64,000 nt of DNA from Candidatus Woesearchaeota archaeon (GTDB lineage Archaea; Nanobdellota; Nanobdellia; Woesearchaeales; ARS49): NCBI GenBank assembly GCA_037445145.1, contig JBBILB010000003.1, positions 976 to 64,975 of the forward strand. Reading direction: 5' to 3'. The translations under genes were made by a program, and so were the position numbers. Shown here in pieces: positions 1 to 10,016 of this stretch. The number at the start of each line of letters is the position of its first letter. The first letter of the stretch is position 1. The notes beneath the pieces are model-generated. The model saw only the letters and a list, made by a program, of their open reading frames with translations, was not told where the DNA came from and ran no database searches.

Positions 1-453
1 CTCGCCTATCTTTGCAAAAAAGCCTTTCTTTTCCCCAACAGGCTCTGCCTTTGGAACTTCAGCCTCGGGCGCCTCAACATTTGCTGCTTCAATCTTTGGC
101 TTTTCAGGCTCTGCTTTCGGAGCCTCAGGACCGCCAACAGCATCTTTTATTTTTGCAAAAAAGCTTTTTTTCTCCTCGACTTTTGGAATTTCTGCCTTTG
201 GCTTTGCGGGCTCAACTTTGGGGGCAGGCGCTTCTATCTTCTTCTCAGCAACTTTGGGCTTTGGGGCTTTCTTTTCTTCCCTGACAGCAGGCGCCTTCTC
301 AACCTTGATAGGCTTTTCCGCCTTTTTCTCTGTCTTTGGGGTAGGCTTTTTCGCAGGCTTAGCTTCAACAACTTCTTCACTTGCTTCTGCCTCAACTTTT
401 TTCGTGAACTTTGAAACCAGTTTCTTCAGGTTATCCTTTAAGAATCCGAACAT
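1..453 (-). CDS. ftsY: SRP receptor FtsY, N-terminal part (partial, continues past window start)
   Basis: Reverse strand is open from ATG (453-451) to position 1. It is absent from the ORF track because it runs off the edge. Translation is MFGFLKDNLKKLVSKFTKKVE..., then a K/E/A/P-rich linker with two KK(S/G)FFAKI boxes as in FtsY A-domains. It lies 1 nt downstream of pfdA, matching the conserved archaeal pfdA-ftsY order. Confidence 0.65.
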   Translation of the reverse strand, partial: MFGFLKDNLKKLVSKFTKKVEAEASEEVVEAKPAKKPTPKTEKKAEKPIKVEKAPAVREEKKAPKPKVAEKKIEAPAPKVEPAKPKAEIPKVEEKKSFFAKIKDAVGGPEAPKAEPEKPKIEAANVEAPEAEVPKAEPVGEKKGFFAKIGE

Positions 454-454
454 T

Positions 455-898
455 TCAAGCACCTACAATGTCCTGAAGCTCATGCTGCAACTCTGCAGCG
501 CGCTCTGCCATCTTCTCAAACTGGGCTGCAAGCTCTGCCTGGTACTTCCTCAGGTCAGCAGCCTGCTCTGCAAGCATTGCCTTTGTTGAGGGAATGTCCT
601 TTGCCACAACCGTGTTGCCGCCGACATTGACGCCGAGCTTTTTATTGTCATCAAGCCTCGCCTTGACGAATATTCCAGAACTTATAGGAACCCACATTTC
701 AGAGCCAACCCTGCTTGCAGAAAGCGCGTCAAGGCTCTGGCTGACCTCTTCAATCTCCACAGCCTGCCGCTCGATGGCCTCAACCTGCTTCTGGACCTGC
801 TTCATCTGCTGGTCAACAAGCCGAAGTTCAAGGTATTTCTGCTGCAATTTCTTGTGCTGCTCATCATTCTTGTCGTGCTTGTGTTCCTTTTCTGCCAT
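455..898 (-). CDS. pfdA: Prefoldin alpha subunit
   Basis: 147 aa with coiled coil - two beta hairpins (VPISSGIFVKARL...LGVNVGGNTVV) - coiled coil, which is the prefoldin alpha architecture. Confidence 0.85.
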   Translation of the reverse strand: MAEKEHKHDKNDEQHKKLQQKYLELRLVDQQMKQVQKQVEAIERQAVEIEEVSQSLDALSASRVGSEMWVPISSGIFVKARLDDNKKLGVNVGGNTVVAKDIPSTKAMLAEQAADLRKYQAELAAQFEKMAERAAELQHELQDIVGA

Positions 899-900
899 TT

Positions 901-1071
901 TCAGTCCAGCTTTTTCAGCAAACCTTCCAAGAAGTGAACGTAATCATGCTCTCCCTTTAAGAAACTGACGGGCAAATCGACAAGCAGCATCTTCTTGTCG
1001 CGCCTGAAATGCTCCAATTCCTTCTGAACAACAAACTTCAAAAACTTCTTTTCATCACTTGTAAGCGTCAT
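901..1071 (-). CDS. Small hypothetical protein (56 aa)
   Basis: Hand-translated: MTLTSDEKKFLKFVVQKELEHFRRDKKMLLVDLPVSFLKGEHDYVHFLEGLLKKLD. Its ATG overlaps the scpA stop (ATGA). Its stop lies 2 nt before the pfdA start, so it is tightly packed in the operon. It is below the track cutoff. Confidence 0.4.
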   Translation of the reverse strand: MTLTSDEKKFLKFVVQKELEHFRRDKKMLLVDLPVSFLKGEHDYVHFLEGLLKKLD

Positions 1072-1808
1072 TTGCCTGCCTCCGGCTGGGATATTTCAAT
1101 CTCGCCAAAATGCTCCTTCTGCCCAAGCTCAACCTTGCGCTCATTGGCAAGATGCAATAACGGAATGAATGTGTAAACCTTGTCCTCTCTTGATTTTGTC
1201 GGAACAAGCGAGGAGAACGCGAGCTTTTTCTTTCCTGCCGCAAAAAGGCTCAATAATTTTGCGTACAATGACCTCATTGCAGCGGTAATGTCCAGCTTTT
1301 TCTCAGGAACTACAACATTTACGTCGTGAAGGCTGTTGAAAAGCCTGCGCTTCTTGACTTCCAATGCCTTCTCCAAAGCCCTGACAAGATCATAAACAGA
1401 AACCTTGCGCTTTCTTGGCTGCGGCAATCTCGGAATAAGCTCAAGAGACTGATCCTGCATTCCTGCCACCTCACCCCTTGCAAGTTCCTGCTCAAGCTCG
1501 TCATAGAACTGATCTTCTGAAATCTCGCCTGCCGCCAAAAGCCTGTCAAACTCATCCATATCCTCACCAACAAGCCTCTTGCTCTTGATTCTCAGCAGGA
1601 TAGCAGCAGCCAAAAGGACCTTTCCGGAAACCTTCAGGTTTGTTTCCTTCATCTGCCTTATCCTTTCAATATACCTCTGCGTCAGAACACTTATGTTTAT
1701 GTCCCAGGGGTCCATCTGCTCGCTATTAACAAGATCAAGAAGAATAGACTTCCAACTAAAGTCGTCATTCTCAACAATCAGCTGGTAAAGCTTCTCCTGC
1801 ATACACAT
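1068..1808 (-). CDS. scpA: Segregation and condensation protein A (kleisin ScpA)
   Basis: N-terminal motif DPWDINISVLTQRYIERI...VSGKVLLAAAILLRIKSKRL and a C-terminal winged-helix region, typical of ScpA. Confidence 0.8.
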   Translation of the reverse strand: MCMQEKLYQLIVENDDFSWKSILLDLVNSEQMDPWDINISVLTQRYIERIRQMKETNLKVSGKVLLAAAILLRIKSKRLVGEDMDEFDRLLAAGEISEDQFYDELEQELARGEVAGMQDQSLELIPRLPQPRKRKVSVYDLVRALEKALEVKKRRLFNSLHDVNVVVPEKKLDITAAMRSLYAKLLSLFAAGKKKLAFSSLVPTKSREDKVYTFIPLLHLANERKVELGQKEHFGEIEISQPEAGK

Positions 1809-1858
1809 CCTGACAAGGATTAGTTATATAAAGGTATTGTGAAGAGTATATAATATAC

Positions 1859-1931
1859 GAGCCCGTAGTTTAGCGGCTATAACGCCTCGTTTACACCGAG
1901 GAGGTCGCCAGTTCGAATCTGGCCGGGCTCA
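1859..1931 (+). tRNA. tRNA-Val (anticodon UAC)
   Basis: Hand-folded cloverleaf. 7-bp acceptor gagcccg/cgggctc. Anticodon arm cctcg-tttacac-cgagg. T-arm gccag-ttcgaat-ctggc. TATA-like ttatataaagg lies about 30 nt upstream. Confidence 0.85.
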
Positions 1932-2109
1932 TCACAGCACGGACAGGCTGGACGACCGCAGTCGGCCACTGTCTGGCCGGGCTAATTATTTTCATTAATA
2001 ATAGGCTCCAATAAATTGGGCGCCTACGGTGCAGAAACCAACCATAAACGAGTTTTATAAGAAAACTTAAAAAGCAACTCTTAATCCAACAAGTAAATAA
2101 TGCAGTGTT

Positions 2110-2180
2110 GCGCCCATGGTTTAGTGGTAGAATACGACCTTGCCAAGGTTGAGACGCGGGTTCGATTCCCGCTGGGCGCA
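2110..2180 (+). tRNA. tRNA-Gly (anticodon GCC)
   Basis: Acceptor gcgccca/tgggcgc. Anticodon loop ttGCCaa. T-arm gcggg-ttcgatt-cccgc. Confidence 0.9.
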
Positions 2181-2212
2181 TTCGAGTGACAACGAGAAAG
2201 CGGCTGTGCGGG

Positions 2213-2256
2213 CTTGAAAATCCCAGACAAGCATGCGAGTCGGGATTTTCATTGTC
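2213..2256 (+). repeat. Conserved hairpin element, copy A (after tRNA-Gly)
   Basis: cttgaaaatcccagac - 10-nt loop - gtcgggattttcattgtc. Both arms are identical to copy B at 5819-5863 and only the loop differs. Confidence 0.8.
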
Positions 2257-2285
2257 CGACAGGCGCACACCGGAACATAAAATTT

Positions 2286-2386
2286 GGCCCTGTAGCTCAG
2301 TCCGGCAGAGCAACGGTCTTATATGACCACTGACGGAACAAGTCTAAGAGCACCGTCGGTCGCCGGTTCAAATCCGGCCGGGGCCA
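2286..2386 (+). tRNA. tRNA-Ile (anticodon UAU as read) with 27-nt canonical-position intron (2324-2350)
   Basis: Acceptor ggccctg/cggggcc. Anticodon stem acggt/accgt, loop c-t-TAT-a. The intron lies after position 37 with a good BHB: 3-nt bulge UA|U, 4-bp helix cuua/uaag, 3-nt bulge AG|C. Confidence 0.75.
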
Positions 2387-2443
2387 CTTTTTATTTTTTG
2401 CGCGATAACTTTTTAAAAGCACCAACTTCCTTTAGTGTTATTG

Positions 2444-2535
2444 CCCCTGTCGTCTAGTCCGGCCAAGGATAAGGGCCTTTCGAGCCAGAACGCAAGGAAA
2501 GCCTTTGACACGGGTTCAAATCCCGTCGGGGGCAT
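2444..2535 (+). tRNA. tRNA-Glu (anticodon UUC) with about 17-nt intron (2484-2500)
   Basis: Acceptor gcccctg/cgggggc. D-loop agtccggccaa is typical of archaeal Glu/Asp tRNAs. Anticodon loop ct-TTC-g. BHB-like bulges CG|A and AA|A flank a 4-bp helix. Confidence 0.75.
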
Positions 2536-3488
2536 ATGGTCATCCGAGAAGAAGTTCTTAATTATTACGCAGGAGAAAAAGTTAAAATAAGCAAAGCAGT
2601 GGAACGATACAACCAACTAAGGGAATTGTTGCAGGAGAAAAGGGACAAGGAGCTTCTTGAAATGCTCGATGATGTCGTCAGGGCATGCAGAAGGTATGTC
2701 GAGGCCGTCATCAGGATGGAATACAAGGCAATGATGATAAAGAAAAAATACGGCACAGAGGACCCTTGTGCGTGGAAGCTAGCCACTCAATATTTCCCCT
2801 TGTTTCTCCAATCACCGACATAGCATATGGTAACCGGGGTTGTTTTTAAAGGTTCACTCTGTGCTTAACCCGAGTGTCAGGTAGAATGCCCACTCGGCAA
2901 TTGCCCCTTGGGAAGTCTTGGAACTGGGATCGGACAAATAAACAGGGTCGAGCGTGAAGAGCCCGCCTATTGGAGTCCTGCCTTCTGGCTGCCAGCCGTA
3001 TTTTTTTGCAGCATTGCGGTTGAATGCCTCCAAGTACGAAATGAGCGCATCATGTACCACGCGCCTGTCCCTGTCAGCAGGTTCTATTTCTACTGGAAGA
3101 AAGCCTTGAATTGTTCTCAAAGCTTGCGGAAACGGCAAGCTATTATATTTGCAGGCCAGAGGAACGTACAGACTGGCGCAATAAGTTCGGCGACTTTGTT
3201 AGCAGGTATAATCGTGCGGCAAAGACTGCTGGAATGCCCGTAGTTCCACCTGACGAGCACAGCATGTTTGCGCAGGAAATCTGCAACTATTTCTGGAAAA
3301 AACGTGCCCAATAATCTTAGAAGAACTTGAACAATCGTTATGTCAGAAATGCGTACATGCATATACATTAATGCGCATTTTCTGATAAATCACCTGAGCA
3401 AACATCAGGCGCGGTCGGCTTTGCCACTTAACTTGACTGCATTCAAAGCCGCAAGATATATAAACAAACAATTTACAAGGCACAAACA

Positions 3489-3599
3489 ATGAAACGTTCA
3501 TCCCGCCGCTGGAAGAAAAAAGGACAAATGCGCTGGAAGTGGCAAAGAAAGCGCATGAAAAAGGAAAAGAGAAAGCGCAAGCAGCGCGCAACAGCATAA
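3489..3599 (+). CDS. rpl41e: Ribosomal protein eL41 (36 aa; alternative start 3528 gives 23 aa)
   Basis: Hand-translated: MKRSSRRWKKKGQ-MRWKWQRKRMKKEKRKRKQRATA. The distal part matches the eL41 pattern MRxKWxKKRMRRxKRKRRK. A strong TATA atatataaa (3456-3464) lies about 29 nt upstream of the first ATG. It is below the track cutoff. Confidence 0.7.
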   Translation: MKRSSRRWKKKGQMRWKWQRKRMKKEKRKRKQRATA

Positions 3600-3989
3600 G
3601 GATTCCCGAGCATATTCTTGACCGAAAGCTTTATAAACAACCTCAAAAGTATCAACATCATCAACACCAAGAGCCGGTAAATCATTCCGGCAAACCTTCT
3701 GTCCTCGGGAGAGCTGAGGATGCCTACCAAAAACAGGTAGGAATGAGTGTCTCAGCCGAGCATGGGGCATGATGGAGAGCAGCAATAGAACCCAAAAGCC
3801 AAATTCTTCAAAGTCAGTTATAGTCGATGCGACCACATATGTGGAAGGGTTTATACGACGAGGCTCCATTGATTCGTCAATGGTCATTTCGTCTTGACAT
3901 TATACCTTCCTGAGGAAAACTCGAACATGTCAAGAACTGCGAAGTTCTTGAGCAGGCTCAGAAATTGCACAGCAATTTCTGACATAACA

Positions 3990-5454
<1,465 letters not shown>

Positions 5455-5478
5455 TATTTATTTGTTAGGACGGAGTCC

Positions 5479-5580
5479 TTTGCAAGATGGGTCGAAAGAT
5501 CCATCCTGCAAATGTCACAAAAATCGCTTCGCGATTTTTGGGAACTCGAGAATTAGTGCATTCTCGAGCGATCACCTCCT
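5479..5580 (+). other. Structured 16S-23S spacer segment: three consecutive hairpins plus a second copy of the 16S 3-prime 11-mer
   Basis: Hairpin 5479-5512 has a 15-bp stem and a GAAA loop. Hairpin 5519-5539 is aaaaatcgc/gcgattttt. Hairpin 5545-5568 is ctcgagaat/attctcgag. Then gatcacctcct (5570-5580) is identical to 5444-5454. Confidence 0.8.
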
Positions 5581-5697
5581 ATTTCGTTTATACATTTAAA
5601 CGGAAAATTGTTGGCTGGGTGAAGCTTGCTGCTCTCCATTTTTCATATTCATTATGCGACCCAGAGCGATGGGTCCATGGATGAGTGCAAGTCTTCC

Positions 5698-5788
5698 GGG
5701 CCCGTAGCTCAACGGTAGAGCACCTGCCTTGCAAAGATGATGTCTTCAAGAGCGCGGGAGGCTTCGGGTTCAAATCCCGACGGGTCCA
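5698..5788 (+). tRNA. tRNA-Ala (anticodon UGC) with 19-nt intron (5734-5752), in the rRNA spacer
   Basis: Acceptor gggcccg/cgggtcc with the G3:U70 Ala identity pair. Anticodon loop ct-TGC-a. BHB: bulge CA|A, helix cuug/caag, bulge AG|C. Confidence 0.85.
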
Positions 5789-5818
5789 TAAGCCCAGAAG
5801 GGCGAATGGAGCCGGCGA

Positions 5819-5863
5819 CTTGAAAATCCCAGACGACCAACGTTAGTCGGGATTTTCATTGTC
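5819..5863 (+). repeat. Conserved hairpin element, copy B (after tRNA-Ala)
   Basis: cttgaaaatcccagac - 11-nt loop - gtcgggattttcattgtc. Arms are identical to copy A at 2213-2256. Confidence 0.8.
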
Positions 5864-6035
5864 TACAAGTCCATTAAACAAAAATCACATTCATCATTTC
5901 ATTCGATGAACGCAAATCGCAATTCCAAACAATTGCGGTTGAAGGGCAATAGGCTGTAGGAGTATGCTTGAGTGCATACGACCAGTTTACCACACCTACT
6001 ACATGCTAATGAAGCCGTGCAAAGATTGAGATCAT

Positions 6036-8958
6036 ATCTGGTCCTACACTACCCTAACAGGTGGAAGACTTGGTTCGAGACGCCGACGAAGGACGCGGCT
6101 AACGGCGAAATGCCCCGGCGACGTGTATGCAACGGTTGAACCGGGGGTGTCCGAATGGGACTTCCTCTTGAGCACGAAAGTGCGGGGAACGCGGGGAATT
6201 GAAACGTCTTAGTACCCGCAGGAAAAGAAACCAATTGGGATGCGCTTAGTAAGAGCGACTGAAAAGCGCGCAGGGCAAACCGAACGAGGGGACGAAAGTT
6301 CTCTCGAATGTGGTGTTTGGACCCATGCCAATGTCTCGCTGGGAAACGCAAAGTCGCCTGGAAAGGCGCGCGATACAGGGTGACAGCCCCGTAGCGGCAC
6401 CTCAGCAGATTACGAACATGGAGTTCCAGAGTACTGCTCCTCGGAAATGGAGCAGGAATACGGGGGGCATCAACCTCCAACCCTAAATACGTCTCGAGTC
6501 CGATAGCATACAAGTACCGTGAGGGAACGTTGAAAAGAACCCCTGACCGGGAGTTCAAAGATCCTGAAACCTGTTAGGCATGGATCGCTAGGGCACCACG
6601 GTGTTCTAGCGTTCGTTTAGAATAACGAGCCGGGGAGTGCATCTCAGTGGCAAGGCTAACCTTTACCGGGGAAGCCGAAGCGAAAGCAACAAGCCCGCAG
6701 GCAACGAGGGGCGAGGTGCTAATCCGCCTGGAGTCACTGGGATTCAACCCGAAACCGCTCGATCTTATCCTGAGTAAGGTGAAGTGCGGGTAAAACCGTG
6801 CGGAGGCCTGAAGAGGTTCTATGTGCAAGTGTTCTTCTAACTTGGGATAAGGGGTGAAAAGCCAATCGAGAGCGGTGATAGCTGGTTCCTATCGAAGTAG
6901 GCGTCAGTCTAACCTGGGACGAGCTGACAGGCGCTGTAGAGCTACGGATTGGGGGCTAGGGCATCGAAAGGTGTCGACCCCTTGTCCAACTCCGAAAGTG
7001 CCTGTAGTGTAGACTCCCAGAGACGGGGTGTCGGCGTAAGGTTGACATCCGAGAGGGGAACAACCCTGACGCTGGTTAAGGTCCCAAAAGATGCATTAAG
7101 TGTGAACGGGCATAAGGGTATCTGCGTCCAGAGACAGCGGGGAGGTCGGCTTAGAAGCAGCCATCCTTTAAAAAGTGCGTAACAGCTTACCCGTCAAGGA
7201 TGCGGGTCCCTAAAATGGACGGGGCTAAATGCATTACCGATACCAGCGACGCCCCAAAAGGGCGGAGTAGGTAGGCGTACTGCGTGGGCAGAAGCCTCTC
7301 CGTGAGGAGGGGTGGACCGCGTAGTAATGAAAATCCCGGCAGTAGTAGGATCGTAGCAGCGTGAGAATCGCTGCCACCGAAAGGGCAAGGGTTCCTTGGC
7401 ACTGTCGATCAGCCAAGGGTCAGTTGGTCCTAACAGAGCTCCCAACAGGAGCTGATGTGGAAAGGGAAACCGGTTAATATTCCGGTACTGCCTGTGTATG
7501 CGTGGCAACACAAGCCTTGTGTCAGACGCTTTTGGCTAGATGGGCGCAGACAGTCGTCTGCGTTAACCTGGATACGCCGCGGAAGTATCATCATGATGAG
7601 AACGCGGGGAAACCAGGGAACAGCATTCCTTTGGAGTGTCCTGTCAATGCCTGGAATCCGTGAAAATGGCACTGGGAAAAATCGCAGGCATCCGTACCCA
7701 GAACCAGCACTGGTGCCCCTAGGTGAGAAGCCTAAGGTGTGAAGGACGAACCTAGACAAGGGAACTCGGCAAATTGGCCCCGTGACTTCGGTTTAAGGGG
7801 TTCCTGCTTCTGTGCGCAAATGCGTGGCGGGAGCAGGGCGCAGTGACTCGGGGGGCCCGACTGTTTAACAAAAACACAACTGGTTGCGAAGCCGTAAGGC
7901 TGTGTACAACCGGTGACGTCTGCCCAGTGTCGGTATCCGAATCTCGTTTTCAAGCGGGCTAAGGACCGATTAACGGCGGGAGTAACTATAACTCTCTTAA
8001 GGTAGCGTAATGCCTTGTCGTTTGATTGGCGACGTGCATGAAGGGCGCAACGAGGTCCCCACTGTCCCTGTCTGGGAGCCTCCGAACAAATCCTTCTGGT
8101 GCAGAGACCAGAGATCTCCAGTGGGAAGCGAAGACCCCGTGAAACTTTACTGTAGCTTGTCGCTGCGACGCGAGTTGTGTTGTATAGGGTATGTGGGAGC
8201 TGCTTGAGCCCAGAGCCGTCAGACTCTGGGTGAGGCGACGATGTAACACCACACTCCACGACTTGCGTTGCTTACCTCTCGCAAGAGAGAGACACCGGCT
8301 GGCGGACAGTTCGGCTGGGGTGGCACGCAGTTGAAAAAATATCAATTGCGACCAAAGGTCTGCTCAACCCGGTCAGAAATCGGGTGTAGAGTTTAAGGGC
8401 AAAAGCAGGCCTGATGGGATACTTAATAAGATTGTATCCCAAGGCGAAAGCCTGGCCTAGCGAACCTCAATGCCTTCTTGATGAGGGCTTGGGATGACCG
8501 AAAAGTTACTCCGGGGGTAACAGAGTCGTCGCGCCTGAGAGTTCACATCGACGGCGCGGCTTGCTACATCGACGTCGGCTCTTCCTATCCTGGGCGTGCA
8601 GAAGCGTCCAAGGGTGCGGGAGTTCACCGTTTAAAAGGGATCGTTAGCTGGGTTCACAACGCTGTGAGGCAGTTGGTTTGATATCTACTGGAGATGCGAG
8701 ATGTCTGAGGGGAAGGAAGCTCTAGTACGAGAGGAACGAGCTTTCGGCGCCACTGGTGTACCGGTTATCCGATAGGGTATCACGCCGGGCAGCTACGCGC
8801 TGAGGGATAAGTTCTGAAAGCATCTAAGAATGAAACCCTCCTCGAAACGAGACATCATAGTGCACGGATTCAACATCCGTTTGATGGAAGCGGGGTGTAC
8901 GCGCGAAGGTAACGACGCGCTCAGCCTGCGCTCCCCAACGCACATACTTGGATTAGAT
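6036..8958 (+). rRNA. 23S rRNA (ends approximate, plus or minus 20 nt)
   Basis: Conserved 23S blocks are present (ccgacgaaggacgcgg, gtccgaatggg, ggggaattgaaac, gacggggctaa, ctgaaagcatctaag). The flanks pair as a processing stem: agccgtgcaaagat (6013-6026) with atctttgcacggct (8967-8980). No 5S follows. Confidence 0.9.
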
Positions 8959-9289
8959 ACGGTCTCATCTTTGCACGGCTATCATTCTTTTTCGTTATCT
9001 CGTTAACTCATTAACCGGTTAATTAGGCGTTAATTCATTTGGTTGGGCTTAAAGTGCATGAGAAATAATCCAGAATTCCTGCAATTCTTCCGGTAAAACA
9101 CCCAGTTCTCGGAGATTCTTAGCCGCCTGCCGCAAAAACTTCCTGTTACGCCGAAAACTCTTATGATTTTTTGAAAAAGCATTTTGATTCCAAAACATCT
9201 CTTGCCGTTATGCTCTGCGGAAAGCTTGATCACAGGAAACTGGAGATATGTGAGCTCGCGCACCAGTTTGTCATGCATACGTACCAATT

Positions 9290-9625
9290 ATGTGCATAAT
9301 CTGCGCATTTTTCATTGGTTCTGCATCAATCTACATTTACTACAACGCAGAACTGCAGCAGATAACAAAAGTGTTCAAGAAGGAAAACCTTGAAGAAAAA
9401 TACAAGCAAATCTTGTCCCTTTTGAAGCCTGATGAGCGCAAGGTTGTGCTTGAACTGCTTGGCTCAAAAGGGGAAATGCTTCAGAGCGCGCTTGTGTCAA
9501 AGCTTGGCATTTCAAAAGTCAAAACAACAAGGATACTCCACAGGCTTTTGCAAAAAGGGCTTATTGTAAAAGAAAGGCATGGCTTCACGAACAAGATAAT
9601 ACTCAAGAAAGAATCGCAGCAATAA
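9290..9625 (+). CDS. Membrane-anchored winged-helix (MarR/ArsR-like) transcriptional regulator
   Basis: N-terminal hydrophobic helix, then ERKVVLELLGSKGEMLQSALVSKLGISKVKTTRILHRLLQKGLIVKE (wHTH pattern). Confidence 0.6.
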   Translation: MCIICAFFIGSASIYIYYNAELQQITKVFKKENLEEKYKQILSLLKPDERKVVLELLGSKGEMLQSALVSKLGISKVKTTRILHRLLQKGLIVKERHGFTNKIILKKESQQ

Positions 9626-9638
9626 GCTGAAAAGCTTG

Positions 9639-9863
9639 TTAATGCCTGAAGAACGCCAATCCCTCCTCTAGTACTGCGCCTACGAAAGCGCCGATTATGC
9701 CACATGATGAGGCAATGAAGAGCATTGCGACAAAAGAGACTGCAAGGATGTGCGCCCCTTCTGGCGACAGGGCAACCATTCCAGTGCTCCACTGACCATA
9801 CGCTTGCAGGGCTAATCCTACAAGAAATCCTATGATTGCACCAATAAGCATTCCCTTGCGCAC
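9639..9863 (-). CDS. Small membrane protein (2 TM helices)
   Basis: 74 aa with two Gly/Ala-rich hydrophobic helices. Convergent with the 9290 gene. No family recognised. Confidence 0.45.
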   Translation of the reverse strand: MRKGMLIGAIIGFLVGLALQAYGQWSTGMVALSPEGAHILAVSFVAMLFIASSCGIIGAFVGAVLEEGLAFFRH

Positions 9864-10016
9864 GGCTTTTTGTATTAGTCAAGGACTATAATAACATATC
9901 CTGATTCCGGCGCTCTGCACAATTACTCTCGCGGCGAGTTCGGCTTCTCGCCGCAGGCGCCTAGCATCACTCAGCAGTTCGGAAAACAATAAATAATAGC
10001 ACCTCGCTTCTTTGCC

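Noticed and set aside
1918-1983. 12-nt direct repeat of the tRNA-Val 3-prime end (tctggccgggct at 1918-29 and 1972-83), resembling an att site.
   Set aside because: The two copies are only 54 bp apart (42 nt between them), with no integrase or cargo. It is too short to call an integration scar. It is mentioned under the hairpin finding instead.
1891-2616. ORFs 1891-2313 (-) and 2413-2616 (-).
   Set aside because: They run antisense across four tRNA genes and their spacers. No independent support.
3498-3887. 129-aa ORF on the minus strand upstream of the 16S.
   Set aside because: Its distal third is antisense to the well-supported eL41 gene. No family or promoter. It may include decayed sequence, but this is not supportable as a CDS.
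8960-9290. A possible 5S rRNA after the 23S, and ORF 9030-9287 (-).
   Set aside because: No 5S-like helices or the conserved ccggaagttaagc-type block on either strand. The ORF has no recognisable features or promoter. The palindrome ttaaccggttaa (9011-22), with neighbouring gttaa repeats, is noted but has no context to interpret.
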